DNA of 64,000 bases from Eledone cirrhosa. Lineage: Eukaryota. The DNA is taken from contig OZ024745.1 of NCBI GenBank assembly GCA_964016885.1, positions 104,160,001 through 104,224,000 of the forward strand, in the 5' to 3' direction. The translations under genes were made by a program, and so were the position numbers. This document shows positions 38,397 through 51,257 of the stretch, in pieces. Position 1 is the first letter of the stretch. Each line of letters opens with the position of its first letter. The notes beneath the pieces were generated by a model that worked only from the letters and a program-made list of their open reading frames with translations, did no database searches and had not been told where the DNA came from.

Positions 38397-38521
38397 TTGT
38401 TGGCTTCTCTTTTTTTGACTTTTTACTGGCTTCTGAATCTGCATCGCATCGTAAAAGAAATTGTTTTATTCACTTTTCTATTGATATTGAAGAAAGTTTT
38501 TCATTTACTATTAAGTTTTCA
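38397..38521 (-). pseudogene. Candidate internal exon with in-frame TGA
   Basis: ttttgctttacag|...|gttagt; 125 nt, phase 2-1 frame ENLIVNEKLSSISIEK*IKQFLLRCDADSEASKKSKKEKPT. Confidence 0.45.
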
Positions 38522-38620
38522 CTGTAAAGCAAAAACTAATAGATAAACGTATTCAATTTAAGATTTGAATATTCCATTTATGTCATGAGAAACTATTTTT
38601 AGTTGAAAGTTTAGTTATAA

Positions 38621-40547
38621 CTAGCAGATTTACCCGGCGTTGCTCGGGGTTTGAAATTATGCTAAGAATATACAGCTAGGAAGTAAAAGAAGAACATTAT
38701 TTGTCCCCAACCTGTCAAAATAAGCAGAAGTCTTCAATAATTAATGCAATCAAATATTTAGTCCAATCTTTGTACTCATAAAACTATGCTGATAATGAAG
38801 GAAAACACTGAACAGGATGTAGTTATACAAATGATTAAAGACAATACACGTTGCAAATCTGTAAAAAAAAAACAGGCAGTTTTGCTAAAGTACAAAAAGT
38901 TGTAATGAAAGCAGAGTTGTATACAAACAAAAAAATAATGAGAGTAGAATAAGAGAAAATCTATTCTTTGAGAATGTATGGTTACATTCATTGAGAATTT
39001 TGTAATGAGTAAGGTGAAGTCAAGGCAGAGCTGTAATAAGTTTTTTTGTTAACACTAAAGCACTTCAGGATAGACGATATTCTTTGTTTTTCTTTTCGGA
39101 ACAAACGCAAAGAGATTATCTCGACTGCCAACTCGTGAGCAGACGTTTTGCACCGAAAGAGGTCATTTGAAACGCAATGTTGTACTGTCGGATATGCTTC
39201 AGAAAATCACGTGATTGTGAATGCTTACCTGTTAGAAGCATCTGGAGAGGTTGCGGTGGTTCCCTAAGGGTGGGAAAATTAACCTTACCGTTGGAGCAGC
39301 ACATTCCAGCTGAATCCCCCCCCCCCACTTTTTAGCTTTACAATGTTGGCAAGTATTTGACATGGCATATATTTGAATATCAGGATGGATTTGATGGTTT
39401 ACATTAGGGTCATAATTAACTGCCTTAAGGTACCATCGTGAGCGTGATGCCTTTGAAATACCCCGCGATAAAGCTCTACGTTGAGCGTTACTCTCCAGCC
39501 GAATAGATCGACTTGTTACAGTCTCGACAGCTCGTGCCGTAGCAGTAGCTGGAGCATTTCTCAAATGCCGACTTTGACGTTCTTGCTCAGTCTCAATTGC
39601 TCTTGCTGCAACATTAGCTGAAGCATTACGCGCACGGCGTCTTTCATATTTTTGTACTGTCTCTGCAGATCTTGCTGCAGCAGTATCTGTAGCATGCATA
39701 GCAAGGCGTGTTTTACGTTGCTCTGTAGTCTCTGCAGCTCGTGCTGCAGCAGTTGCTTTAGCATTATTGGTTCGCCGCACTAACCGACGCTCAGCGGCGG
39801 ACAAAGATGTTGCAATAACTGTACTCACCGCATTTAGTGATTGTCTATTTTCGGTTATCGGCGGAGCGTCATTTTCACGCATTGTTTTCTTCGACCGATA
39901 GCCAATATGTGCATACTTTCTTTTACGGGGCATATTTGGTGAAAAGTTGTAACGTCAAAATGTATGAATTGAAGCGTTACAGTTAACTTTGAAAGTGCAA
40001 CAAATTTTTTTTGTATCAACATGGCTTATGAAAGTTTTAAAAATGTAAAAGTTGTAGGTCCCAATGGTTTGAATGGAAAGTCCCATAACGATTGTTCTAA
40101 AAATAAACAAACCATCATCAAAATCTCGTCAATTCGAGACTGCTGCGAGATTAGGCCCTTAACGCGAAAATTAACACTTAATATAGTGAAACAAGTTAAA
40201 ACAACAACTGTTTTTTTAACTTTGAAAGTGCAACAAAGAATAAACAAGAAACAAACGAGAATATTAGTGATTTATCTTCAAATGAATGTGATGTTTATAT
40301 TTCTGAAAAGGATTGTCAATAAAGTTTGTTATCTCCCTTACATCAATTTTTCTACCGATAATTTTGATATCGATTTTTTATTGCTCAACGTGGAAAGATT
40401 TGAAAAATGTTTGTGATGTGACAATCTTAGCGACCTGTGTAACGTGCACAGAAAATTTGGTCATATTCAGTTGGTAATGGTAAAAGCCTTACGTATGCAT
40501 ATTTGTACACAGACACACACACATCCTCGCTTTTATATATATAAAGA
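38621..40547 (-). mobile_element. Internally deleted Helitron
   Basis: A|TC start at 40547, 3' hairpin plus CTAG|T at 38621. RepHel N-terminus (CQHCKAKKW..GMCCSNGKV...IRQYN.AFQMTSFGA) is fused to the helicase C-terminus (SRVGS...TKNIVYPEVL). Confidence 0.9.
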
Positions 40548-40565
40548 TGAAAGAGCATTTGGTTA

Positions 40566-40746
40566 TAATTGTTTCTACTTTTGTCATAAGGCCAGCAATT
40601 ATTACTGGTACTTTATTTTATCGACCCCGTAAGGATGAAAGGCAAAGTTAACCTCGACGGGATTTGAACTCAGACCTTAAAGGGACGTAAATACGCTAGA
40701 AATCATAACGTCCAGCCCTCTACCGATACTGCCAATTCACCGCCCT
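40566..40746 (-). mobile_element. tRNA-derived SINE
   Basis: Consensus match to the other copies. Confidence 0.85.
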
Positions 40747-41298
40747 TTAGTTATAATGAAAGTACTATTTTGCATATGTAGGAGTTTGATACGATTGATT
40801 CCTAATTTAAATATTTGCAAGTTTGCAGGAAAAAAAATCTGAGAAAAAAGAAAAAGGGAATTACAAAAAGTTTGACGTTCTTGAGAAAAAGGAATAGGCT
40901 AATGTGGGGTCAAAGAATGAGAAACAACATGAGTAACGAGGAAGATTATAAGGGCGTGGGGTTGGCTTAACTAGCAGAGGTCGTAATCTCATATGAAAAG
41001 GCAGATTGTTAGCTTGTAGATGTTGTTTTAATCGTTGATTGTTTATCTCCAGTTTGGCACTGATTTTGTAGACTTATGAATAAAAGTGTTTCCGTTATGA
41101 CCATCATGTCTTTTACTCGGGCGTTGTGTATCTAATGTGTATCTAGCTGAAGACTAAATAGTTGGATTAATAGAAAACTAGCCGCTATTTCTAGCACGTC
41201 ATTAAAAAGTGGAGGCTAATTTTTTGGTTAGAGGTTGTAGGTGTTGGTGTAGTGCGTTAACCAATCAACCAGATAGCTTTCTTTTAGATACAGTGTAG

Positions 41299-41476
41299 CA
41301 GACCTGCCAACCTCTAAAAACACAAACCATGAAAAAGTGCCCCAAAACAGAGAGAAATGAGGCAAAATGGGGGAGATTTTACATAATGCAAGCTATACCC
41401 ATTTTCATAAGATCTCTCACCCACTCCAAAACGGATGGGAGATCTCCCTGTCGAACGGGGAGAGTTGACATGTCTG
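41299..41476. mobile_element. Possible MITE
   Basis: Imperfect TIRs cagacctgccaacctct / agagttgacatgtctg; no clear TSD. Confidence 0.4.
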
Positions 41477-41537
41477 GTGTGTTCGTGAATGCTCGATTAA
41501 GTACAATATTCCGTAAGGTTTACACGCAATAACTTAC

Positions 41538-41643
41538 AGACAGCTGGCATACTTTCTCTGACCCAAGCAGTGGCAAGTCATAAATCATTGTATCCTTCTC
41601 TTTCTCCCATTATCAAATTCAAAATTCAAATAGATACACACAC
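41538..41643 (-). pseudogene. Candidate internal exon with in-frame TGA
   Basis: tttgtagcag|...|gtaagt; 106 nt, phase 1-2 frame GVCIYLNFEFDNGRKRRIQ*FMTCHCLGQRKYASC. Confidence 0.45.
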
Positions 41644-41717
41644 CTGCTACAAATGTCTTAGCAAAATACATCAATATTAGAAATGGATCTAAAAGATGGT
41701 ATTCTCATTTTCATTAT

Positions 41718-41975
41718 GGTGAATTGGCAGTATCGGTAGAGGGATTGGACGCCATGCTTTCTAGCATAGTTACGTCCCTTTACTGTCTGAGTTCAAATCC
41801 CGTCGAGGTTAACTTTGCCTTTCATCCTTACGGGGTCGATAAAATAAAGTACCAGTAATGTACTGGGTAATTGCTGGCCTTGTGCCAAAAGTAGAAACAA
41901 TTATATTGAGGGCGGTGGATTGGCAGTATCGGTAGAGGGTCTGACGCTATTTTTTGCCAAAAAGTAGAATCAATT
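41718..41975 (+). mobile_element. tRNA-derived SINE plus a deleted second copy
   Basis: Consensus match to the other copies. Confidence 0.85.
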
Positions 41976-42025
41976 ATATTAAATATATATATATATATAT
42001 AACAGTAACAATTGTATATTCTTAC

Positions 42026-42077
42026 CTTTAATTCTCAGGCATAAAATTAACAATACAAACAATGTGAAGCCTCGCAT
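42026..42077 (-). CDS. Signal-peptide first coding exon of the membrane-protein gene
   Basis: MRGFTLFVLLILCLRIK+G, 52 nt, strong phase-1 donor AAG|gtaaga. Confidence 0.65.
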
Positions 42078-42325
42078 CTCTGTATTTATATTTTGCTGTA
42101 TTTCACGTATATGTGGTGTGTATTCTGTGCGTAAGTCTATGTAGAGTAAAATATATGCCTCGTTTCGTTTTCGACAAGATGACAATATCTTGACTGGGAG
42201 GATTGGATATTTGCTTGAACTTGTGTCAATAAAAAGATATAATCTCCTTGCATGCATACGTTATTTATACACCCGTTTGTATATATGATTTGCGTGCAGT
42301 CATATTGTATTGTATTTGATTTGTG

Positions 42326-42444
<119 letters not shown>

Positions 42445-42919
42445 TGTGTGTGTGTCTGTGTGTGTGTCTGTGTGTGTGTGTGTGTGTGCAGTAGAGAGAG
42501 GAAGAGAGAGGAAGAGAGAGGAAGATGTACAATTTGGTCAATTAATTGTATCGGCTTCTTTCAATAACCAGGAAATGTTTTGTATAAGACTCGATCTACA
42601 TTATATTTGTTTGCATTCACAAAAACAAATTTGTTTCTTTGTTAAGTTATATAGTTGTTTGTGAAAGTTGTTTTAATTCTGTAGTTGTTTATTGTCTTTG
42701 TAGATATTCGAAACTTGATTTAAAAAGAAACATGTTTGTGCATGTTACCACAATTCTTTCATAATAAGATATTACCTGGGTATTCAAAAGAGAAAAAAAT
42801 GTTTGCATCATACTAATATGTATACAATATGTATTCCGGGAAGAAAATAACGATATTAGGATAGCAGCTACCTATCAAAAACGTACCATTAATAACTTTA
42901 ACAAACACCAATCTGAGGG

Positions 42920-43010
42920 GTCTCTTGATAAGCCTTATTAACGTCACAGCGATGGTGCACTTCTATAGTGCATTTGCTGCAAAGCAATTCGGCGAAACTG
43001 CAGTCGGGAC
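42920..43010 (+). ncRNA. Intact-looking hammerhead ribozyme, U3:A8 core variant, extended stem II
   Basis: GTCTC-TTGATAA-GCC...GGC-GAAAC(TGCA)GTC-GGGAC. Confidence 0.8.
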
Positions 43011-43193
43011 TTTGAAGAAAAAATAGTTGTATTTTTGTCTTTTATTTCCTTGTATTTTTAATTTGATAAATAGCCCTGATTAATGAATTATTTTAATTCT
43101 TTTGATTATTTTAACTCTTTCGGTCATCGAGAAAAAGTGGTCACGGCGGGCCCTGCACACACATATACCTATGTATCTCTGTGAGTATATCAT

Positions 43194-43247
<54 letters not shown>

Positions 43248-43275
43248 TATGGCTATTGATGAGCTTTGTTTCTTT

Positions 43276-43355
43276 CTCTAAAGTTTCACTTGCGCACTCA
43301 CAGGATCCCCAGTCTTGTCTAATGATCCTGTGAGTACGCAGGTGAAACTCCAGAG
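43276..43355 (-). other. 80-nt hairpin, 32-bp arms, 16-nt loop
   Basis: The arms differ at 4 positions; 3 of these are G-U pairs on the minus strand. Confidence 0.85.
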
Positions 43356-43679
43356 TATCAAGGATGATCACTTAGCCATAATAAATGAATATTTAAACTC
43401 TACTTCGGTATTGAGTCAATAATTCACACACTCTCAGGTCCTCCCACGCTTTTAATTTTTCAAATTTTTTCCAACCCCCCGTTTTCATTCCATCCCTCCC
43501 CGCTTATTAAATTTTCATAATCTATCTCCGGCGAAATTTCATTGTAAGTGATTCATATTGATACAGCAACTGGGGAATCTAATCATAATTTTATTTTACG
43601 TTAAAAAAAAACATTATATATGACAAAAAAGAACATTATAAGAAATCCTATATTTACGATATAATTGCCGATTTCTCAA

Positions 43680-45375
43680 GCCCTCCCTCCCACCCCTCTT
43701 ATTATTTATATCAATCACCTATAAACTCGCCCTCTCTCTATATCTACTATACGGCACTCTCCCACTATCCCTCTCTCTATATCTACAACCACCAAATTCT
43801 CCCCTTCTCTATATCTAACATACAAAACACTCTCCTAATCCCCCTCTTTATATCAATCATACCCAAACTCTCTACCACACGGCATTCTCTCATGACCCCC
43901 CCCCCCCTCACTCTATCCAACACCAGCAAACCCTCCCGCTCTCTATACCCAAAATACAACACTCTGTCATAACCCTACTCTCTTTATCAATCACTATTAC
44001 ACTATTCACCTCTCTATATTTATTATACAACACTCTCTCGTAATCGTTCTCTCTTTATCCATCACCACCAAACTCCCCTCTCTATATATTTTACGACACT
44101 GTCTCTCCCAAGCCCCTCACTATTTCTACAAGCATTGGAATCTGCCCCTCTCTATATCTACTACATGACACTGTCTTCCAACCCCCTCTCTATATCAATT
44201 ACCAGCAAACTATCCCCCCCTCTATACCTATCAATACCTATCTCTAACAATCCTCTCATTCTATTCATTACCTCCAAACTCTCCCACTCTCTATATCTAC
44301 TACACAGAACTCTCTCCCAACCCCCTCTCTATGTCAATTGCCACCAAATTCTCCCCCTCTCTATATCTACCGCACGATACACTCTCCCAATCCTTCTCAT
44401 TCTATCCATCACCAGTCAACTTTCCTCCTCTCTATATCTAATATACAACACATTCTCCCAATTTCCCCCACTCAATCTATTACCACAAAACTCTCCCCCT
44501 CTCTATATCTATATTTATCTCTCCCAATCCCCATCTCTATATAAATTATCACTACACTCTCCCGCTCTACCATAGAACACTCTCTCCCAATTCCCTTCTC
44601 TATATCCATTACAACCAAACTCTCCCCCATCTATATCTAACACGACACAGTCTCTTTCATCGCCCTCACTATATCTATCTACATTTATCTCTCCCAATCC
44701 CCCTCTCTATACCAATAACCACCAAACTCTCCCTCTCTATATCTACCACACAGGCCACTCTCCCAATACCCCTCTCTAAATCAATCACCAGTAAATTCTG
44801 CTCCTTTCAATGTCTATTACACAAAACTCTCCCTCAAAATCCCTTTTTATATCTACCATACAATACTCTCTATGTATAATCTCTCATACAAAACATTCTC
44901 ACCATCCCACTCTCTATATCCATTACCACCAAACTCTACCCCTCTCTATATTTACCACTTGGCACACTCTCATTATCACTCTCTCGATATCCATTAACAC
45001 CAATCTCTCCCTCTCTCTATATCTATCACAGAAAACTCTCTCATAATCCCCCTCTCTATATCTACTACCACCCAACTCCCTCTTACTATCTATTTTATAC
45101 CTATCTCTCCCAATCACCCTCACTTTATATATCACCTGTAAACTCTCCCCTTTCTATATATATCTACACTTATCTTTCTTAATCCCTCTCTTTATATTAA
45201 TCACCACCAAACTCTCCTCCTCTCTATATCTACTTCACGACACTCCCTTATTATACCTCTCTACAACCACCAAACTCTCCTATCTATATATCTAATATAC
45301 AACACTCTCTCTATATCAATCAATACTACATTTTCCCCCTTTCTATATCAACCACACGGCAGTCACTCCCAAACT
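43680..45375. repeat. Degenerate C/T-rich minisatellite (~30-35 bp subunits, ~70 bp period)
   Basis: Recurring ctctcccaatccccctctctatatcaatcaccaccaaa / ctctccccctctctatatctac motifs. Confidence 0.85.
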
Positions 45376-45477
45376 ACATTCGTACACTAATCGGGTCCTG
45401 GCTGCTATATAACCATATTTTTAGGTTTAAGTGTGAAACTTACAAAGCATTAGAAAATGCCCAATGCAAATAAATAT

Positions 45478-46045
45478 AATTGTTTCTACTTTTGGCACAA
45501 GGCCAGCAATTACACAGTGTATTACTGGTACTTTATTTTATCGACCCCATAAGGATGAAAGGCAAAGTTAACCTCGGCGGGATTTGAACTCAGAATGGCA
45601 AGGGCCGTAACTCTATGCATCAAAGCATGGCGTCCGACCCTCTACCGATACTGTCAGATGTTTATAATAATTGTTTCTTTTGGCACAAGGCCGCAATTAC
45701 TCAGTACATTACTGGTACTTTATTTTATCGACCCCATAAGGATGAAAGGCAAAGTTAACCTCGGCGGGATTTGAACTCAGAATGGCAAGGGCCGTAACTC
45801 TATGTGCCAAAGCAAGGCGTCCGACCCTCTACCGATACTGCCAATCCAATGATATAATTGTTTCTACTTTAGGCACAAGGCCAGCAAATACCCAGTGCAT
45901 TGCTGCTACTTTATTTTATCGACCCCGTAAGGATGAAAGACAAAGTTAACCTCGGCGGGATTTGAACTCAGAATGGCAAGGGCCGTAACTCTATGCGCCA
46001 AAGCATGGCGTCCGACCCTCTACCGATACTGCCAATCCACCGCCC
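45478..46045 (-). mobile_element. Three head-to-tail tRNA-derived SINEs
   Basis: Three ~185-bp copies sharing the subfamily segment agaatggcaagggccgtaactctatg. Confidence 0.9.
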
Positions 46046-46109
46046 AATAATAGTCGATAACTATAAATGATGTTTGATTAAGTCGGTAAAGTACAGCTGA
46101 AGACGAAAA

Positions 46110-46520
46110 AAAGTACTTTCCCATCTTTCAGTGTCATGGTGGCTTTCTTGATCTCTACTTTTGAGGGTTTGTCACAGCTGGTTGGTAGTTGAGTCTTTGC
46201 TGGTGGGATATCTGGTGGTACTTTAGGAGTGGAGTGGTTCAGCAGCTCCATGAAGTGCTCTGGCCATCGTTTCAGTTGTTACTTAGTTGTTGTCAATAGG
46301 TTCCCATTGTTGTCCTTCTCTGACTTCTCCTCCCGCTGGAATTTGCCTGCTAGCTTTTTGATCACTTGATACTGGCCTTTCAAGTTCCACTATCCTACTG
46401 TTTTCTCTCTTGACTGAGAAGATTATCGATATAGTCTCCCTTATCCTTCTTGGTGTTTCTCTTCTCTTCTTTGTCGGCTACTGAGTTCCCTTGTGCTCTT
46501 GCCATGGTTTCCATTGTTCG
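46110..46520 (-). mobile_element. RTE-like LINE fragment (EN-RT linker)
   Basis: Minus strand reads KRWPEHFMELLN...PPDIPPA...CDKPSKVEIKKA. Confidence 0.65.
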
Positions 46521-47070
46521 CCAGTATACACCTAATGATTTTTTTCAAATAGCAAATAACATGGTTGATCAATAAATAATATATAAGTTGCCTGGTGATA
46601 GTATAAGACAAATATGAAACTAATCTAATAATCTATGTTATGAAATATCGAATGTATATTTGTTATTAAACCATATTGTTTTATTAATACAGTTTATAAT
46701 GGGAGTATGAATCCTAAATCAAGCATGAAAACCTGAAAATAGAAGGTTCATTAGTCGTGGATCGTGCGTTGACAACATTAAAAATAAGCATTGATTCCTA
46801 TCATTGTACAACAATATACATTATTCAATTTGTACGGCGAGTCATGCAATGAATGAAAGCAAAACTGTTACACCCCGTTTGGGTGAGCGTGCATGTCTTG
46901 GTAATATATATATATATTAAAAGTTAAATGAGATTTATATATAAGTGTTTACGCCTATCTTGTTTATACTCCCGTAATTAGAGTTTTTCTTAATTAATTT
47001 TAATATATAATATTGCTTCTCTGAGAGATTTCTTTCATTGAGATGTTTGGGTATTAGTGACTAATTAACC

Positions 47071-47136
<66 letters not shown>

Positions 47137-47342
47137 CTGAATTTGTTTAGCAAGATTCTTTATCTGAAATCGTGTGTTGAAACCGATATTGTTATACTTT
47201 GGGAGGGTCATGTTGCCAATAAGAAACACACGCACCAGTTGCTTTCACTTCAATTTATTATAATAAATTTATAATAAATTTATAAATTTATAAATTTCTG
47301 GTTGGTTGGTTGGTTCCACAACCAGATAGTTGTTTATATATT

Positions 47343-47385
47343 GTCATAGTTCTTTCGTCACACACTCTGTGACCTCTTCAGTGAC
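47343..47385 (-). ncRNA. Hammerhead ribozyme in the left inverted arm
   Basis: Reverse complement of 51066-51108. Confidence 0.8.
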
Positions 47386-50300
47386 TGGGGATTCCTTTCT
47401 TTGTTTCTGTGCCTCTCCTTTGTTCTCTCCTACGCCATTTTGTTTCTGTGTGTGTGTTGTGTGCTCAGTCTGCGCATGCGCCACATCCGGGTGTCTGTGT
47501 GTGTTTATGTTCATTTATTTATTTGTTTATTTACATGTTACTGGTTGGTTATTTGTTCTATGTGTGTGTGTGTTTTCATTTTGTCCTTAATTGTAAGTTG
47601 TGATGTTGCTGTTCCACTCATATTTTCTATTTAATTTTGGTTGTAATTCTTTTATATTTATTGCCTCTGTAATTTGTCTAAACATTGCGTCTTTTCTGTG
47701 TGTAGATTCTATTTTTATTTCTATGTTCTCTAATTTACCCTTGTGTTCTATTTTAGCATGTTGGTAGAGTACAGATGATTCTTTACTATCTTGAAGGTCT
47801 CGCCAGTGTTCATTTATCTATACTACGAGCTGTCTCACCTATGTACACTATATTTTTGTCTCTACATTGTCCTTCAGTACATCTTATGCTATACACTACA
47901 TTTCTAGTTTTACAGTTAATATGGGGGCTTATTTTACAGGTTATACATTTCTTATCTCTGCATGAGGGTCTTTGAAAAGGGTATGTCTTGCTAATAAGTG
48001 TTTTTACGGAGGTACCTGGTCTTTCTACTATCTTAATATTGAGTTTATGTTTATTTAGGGCCCTTCTAAATTTGTAAGCTAATTCACCTCTAGGGGTTGT
48101 ATCGATGAACATTACACTCTGGTATTTATTGCTATCATACCATGAGTTTATTCTATTAGCCTTGTTCCTAGTTCTTTCTATTCTATTCCAAAATTTGCTC
48201 CTATACAAGGGGCAGGTCCCATTTATGTCATTATTTCCCATGTTTTCCCATTTGGTTCTGGCTCCTCTATACACTCTGATTTTATCTCTCTGATTGTAGC
48301 CAGAGAACTGCATACGGTGGATGAAGTGTTGTATGTGTCTCTCTAGTTCTTCGGGGTTGCACATGCGGGACACGTTTCTCATCACCCGTACCAAATCCGC
48401 AATCAGTATGAGAGACATAGAAACAACCATGAGGCTGTTGGTGGAAATAGAAATAGAAACAACACAACTAACAATAACAATAGCACTAGTACACATAAAG
48501 CAGCAGCCTGGAACTTTAGTTTTTATAATCCCTCCGATAAATCGTTCGACCTGCGACGAGTCCACGCCACGACTTTACCATTTAACAAACGCACGCAATT
48601 GCCGTCGCAGGTCGATGAACAAACAGAAGCACAATTTAGTATAGCTAGATTCGAACTTAGAAATATTATAGAACAGTATAGCAAGAAGCATAATAGAATG
48701 GAGGCCCAGCAACTGGGAGAAAAATCTGCAAATGGCTTGCGTAAGCTCATGCAGCGCTCGCGTAATGGAGAGATAGCATGCTTTCCAACAGACAAGTCTG
48801 GCAGAATGTCGGTTGACAGCCTGCCAAACTACATCCAGGCAATGCAACCCCACATCACTAACACAAGAGAGGTAACACCACAGGAGCATGAGGATAGAGA
48901 AAAAGCCCTCAATGCCCATATGGTGATGTGGACGAATATAATGCAGCCCAACAAAAGGACTGCCAACAACTTCCAGGCCTGGAACAATGACGTGCCGGTG
49001 TTGTATGGGCTTCGAAAAGACCATAAAACGGGCATTGACCCTGTCGCGGGACCACCAACACGGCCAGTCTGTGGAGCTAACATTGCTAGTAACTACAGAT
49101 TGTCCTACTTCCTCTCCCTGATCATACGCCCCATCATCGAAATGTCCCCAGATGTATGTGACAGCACGGAGGACCTCCTCAGCAGAATCGGCGTGAGTAA
49201 CCGATCTAGGGATCTAACAAACTGCATAATAGGTAGTATGGATGTTGTGTTCCTGTATCCATCTATTGACGTGGATTTTGCTGTGGAGAAATGCGTAGAA
49301 ATAATCAGTGAGAGCAATGTTGAGTTCCGTGGGATTGATACCAGTGAGCTGGGACTCCTACTCAAACTTACCTATAGTAATAATTACCTAGACACATATG
49401 ACCTTAGCAACCTGTGCCCTATAAGACCAGCAAGAGGCAGACCACCTACCATTACCTCAATGGCCAAGAAAACCCACACAGATAGATGGAACGGGTGGAC
49501 CAGAGCCATACGGACACCCCAAAACCACGATGAACTGAAGAAAATGATTGCACATGCGGTAGGGGCCAGCATAAAACTAACCCTTAAGGAACATATGTTC
49601 AAATTTAATGGAAAAACATATGCCCAAGAGGAAGGAGCAGCCATTGGTGTTAGTATTGCAGGCGACATAGCTAACTTATTCATGGTATGGTGGGACAGTA
49701 GACTTAAACTTAAGCTTAAAGAACAATTAGAAGACCCTTAACACTGATAATGTACTCCCGCTACGTTGATGATATAAACATCGTAGTTAAGACACCCCCC
49801 ACTAGAGAACAGTCAGGAACTAGAGAAAAACACAATGGAAAGCATCCAGCAAATAGCTAACTCCATCCACCAGAGCATTAGAATTACTATAGACTACCCT
49901 AGTAAACACCCCAACCATCGATTACCTGTACTAGACACAGAGCTCTGGTTAGATACCATTAATAACAAAAAACAAATCCTCCATTCCCATTATGCCAAAC
50001 CCATGACTTCCAAACATCTGATCCACCGAAACTCGGCTGTTTCGGACCATACCAAAATCAACATACTGATTGCGGATTTGGTACGGGTGATGAGAAACGT
50101 GTCCCGCATGTGCAACCCCGAAGAACTAGAGAGACATATACAACACTTCATCCATCGTATGCAGTTCTCTGGCTACAATCAGAGAGATAAAATCAGAGTG
50201 TATAGAGGAGCCAGAACCAAATGGGAAAAAATGGGAAATAATGACATAAATGGGTCCTGCCTCTTGTATAGGAGCACATTTTGGAATAGAATAGAAAGAA

Positions 50301-51065
50301 CTAGGAACAAGGCTAATAGAATAAACTCATGGTATGATAGCAATAAATACCAGAGTGTAATGTTCATCGATACTTACAATTTTAGAAGGGCCCTAAATAA
50401 ACATAAACTCAATATTAAGATAGTAGAAAGACCAGGTACCTCCGTAAAAACACTTATTAGCAAGACATACCCTTTTCAAAGACCCTCATGTATAGATAAG
50501 AAATGTATAACCTGTAAAATAAGCCCCCATATTAACTGTAAAACTAGAAATGTAGTGTATAGCATAAGATGTACTGAAGGACAATGTAGAGACAAAAATA
50601 TAGTGTACATAGGTGAGACAGCTCGTAGTATAGATAAATGAACACTGGCGAGACCTTCAAGATAGTAAAGAATCATCTGTACTCTACCAACATGCTAAAA
50701 TAGAACACAAGGGTAAATTAGAGAACATAGAAATAAAAATAGAATCTACACACAGAAAAGACGCAATGTTTAGACAAATTACAGAGGCAATAAATATAAA
50801 AGAATTACAACCAAAATTAAATAGAAAATATGAGTGGAACAGCAACATCACAACTTACAATTAAGGACAAAATGAAAACACACACACACATAGAACAAAC
50901 AACCAACCAGTAACATGTAAATGAACAAATAAATAAATGAACATAAACACACACAGACACCCGGATGTGGCGCATGCGCAGACTGAGCACACAACACACA
51001 CACAGAAACAAAATGGCGTAGGAGAGAACAAAGGAGAGGCACAGAAACAAAGAAAGGAATCCCCA

Positions 51066-51108
51066 GTCACTGAAGAGGTCACAGAGTGTGTGACGAAAGA
51101 ACTATGAC
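51066..51108 (+). ncRNA. Minimal hammerhead ribozyme in the PLE 3' region
   Basis: GTCA-CTGAAGA-G-GTCACA(GAGTG)TGTGAC-GAAAG(AA)CTA-TGAC. Confidence 0.8.
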
Positions 51109-51257
51109 AATATATAAACAACTATCTGGTTGTGGAACCAACCAACCAACCAGAAATTTATAAATTTATAAATTTATTATAAATTTATTATAATAAATTG
51201 AACTGAAAGCAACTGGTGCGTGTGTTTCTTATTGGCAACATGACCCTCTCAAAGTAT

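Noticed and set aside
44135-45135. Leu/Ser/Pro-rich ORFs in the C/T-rich region
   Set aside because: They are a by-product of a G-poor minisatellite strand that has few stop codons.
45478-46045. Regularly spaced repeats as a CRISPR-like array or tRNA cluster
   Set aside because: These are tandem SINE copies with no unique spacers and no complete cloverleaf.
50639-50641. TGA ending the PLE ORF as possible selenocysteine, as in Naiad PLEs
   Set aside because: Homology continues in a different frame (NEHWRD...), so this is a frameshift. The endonuclease is also C-terminal, unlike Naiad.
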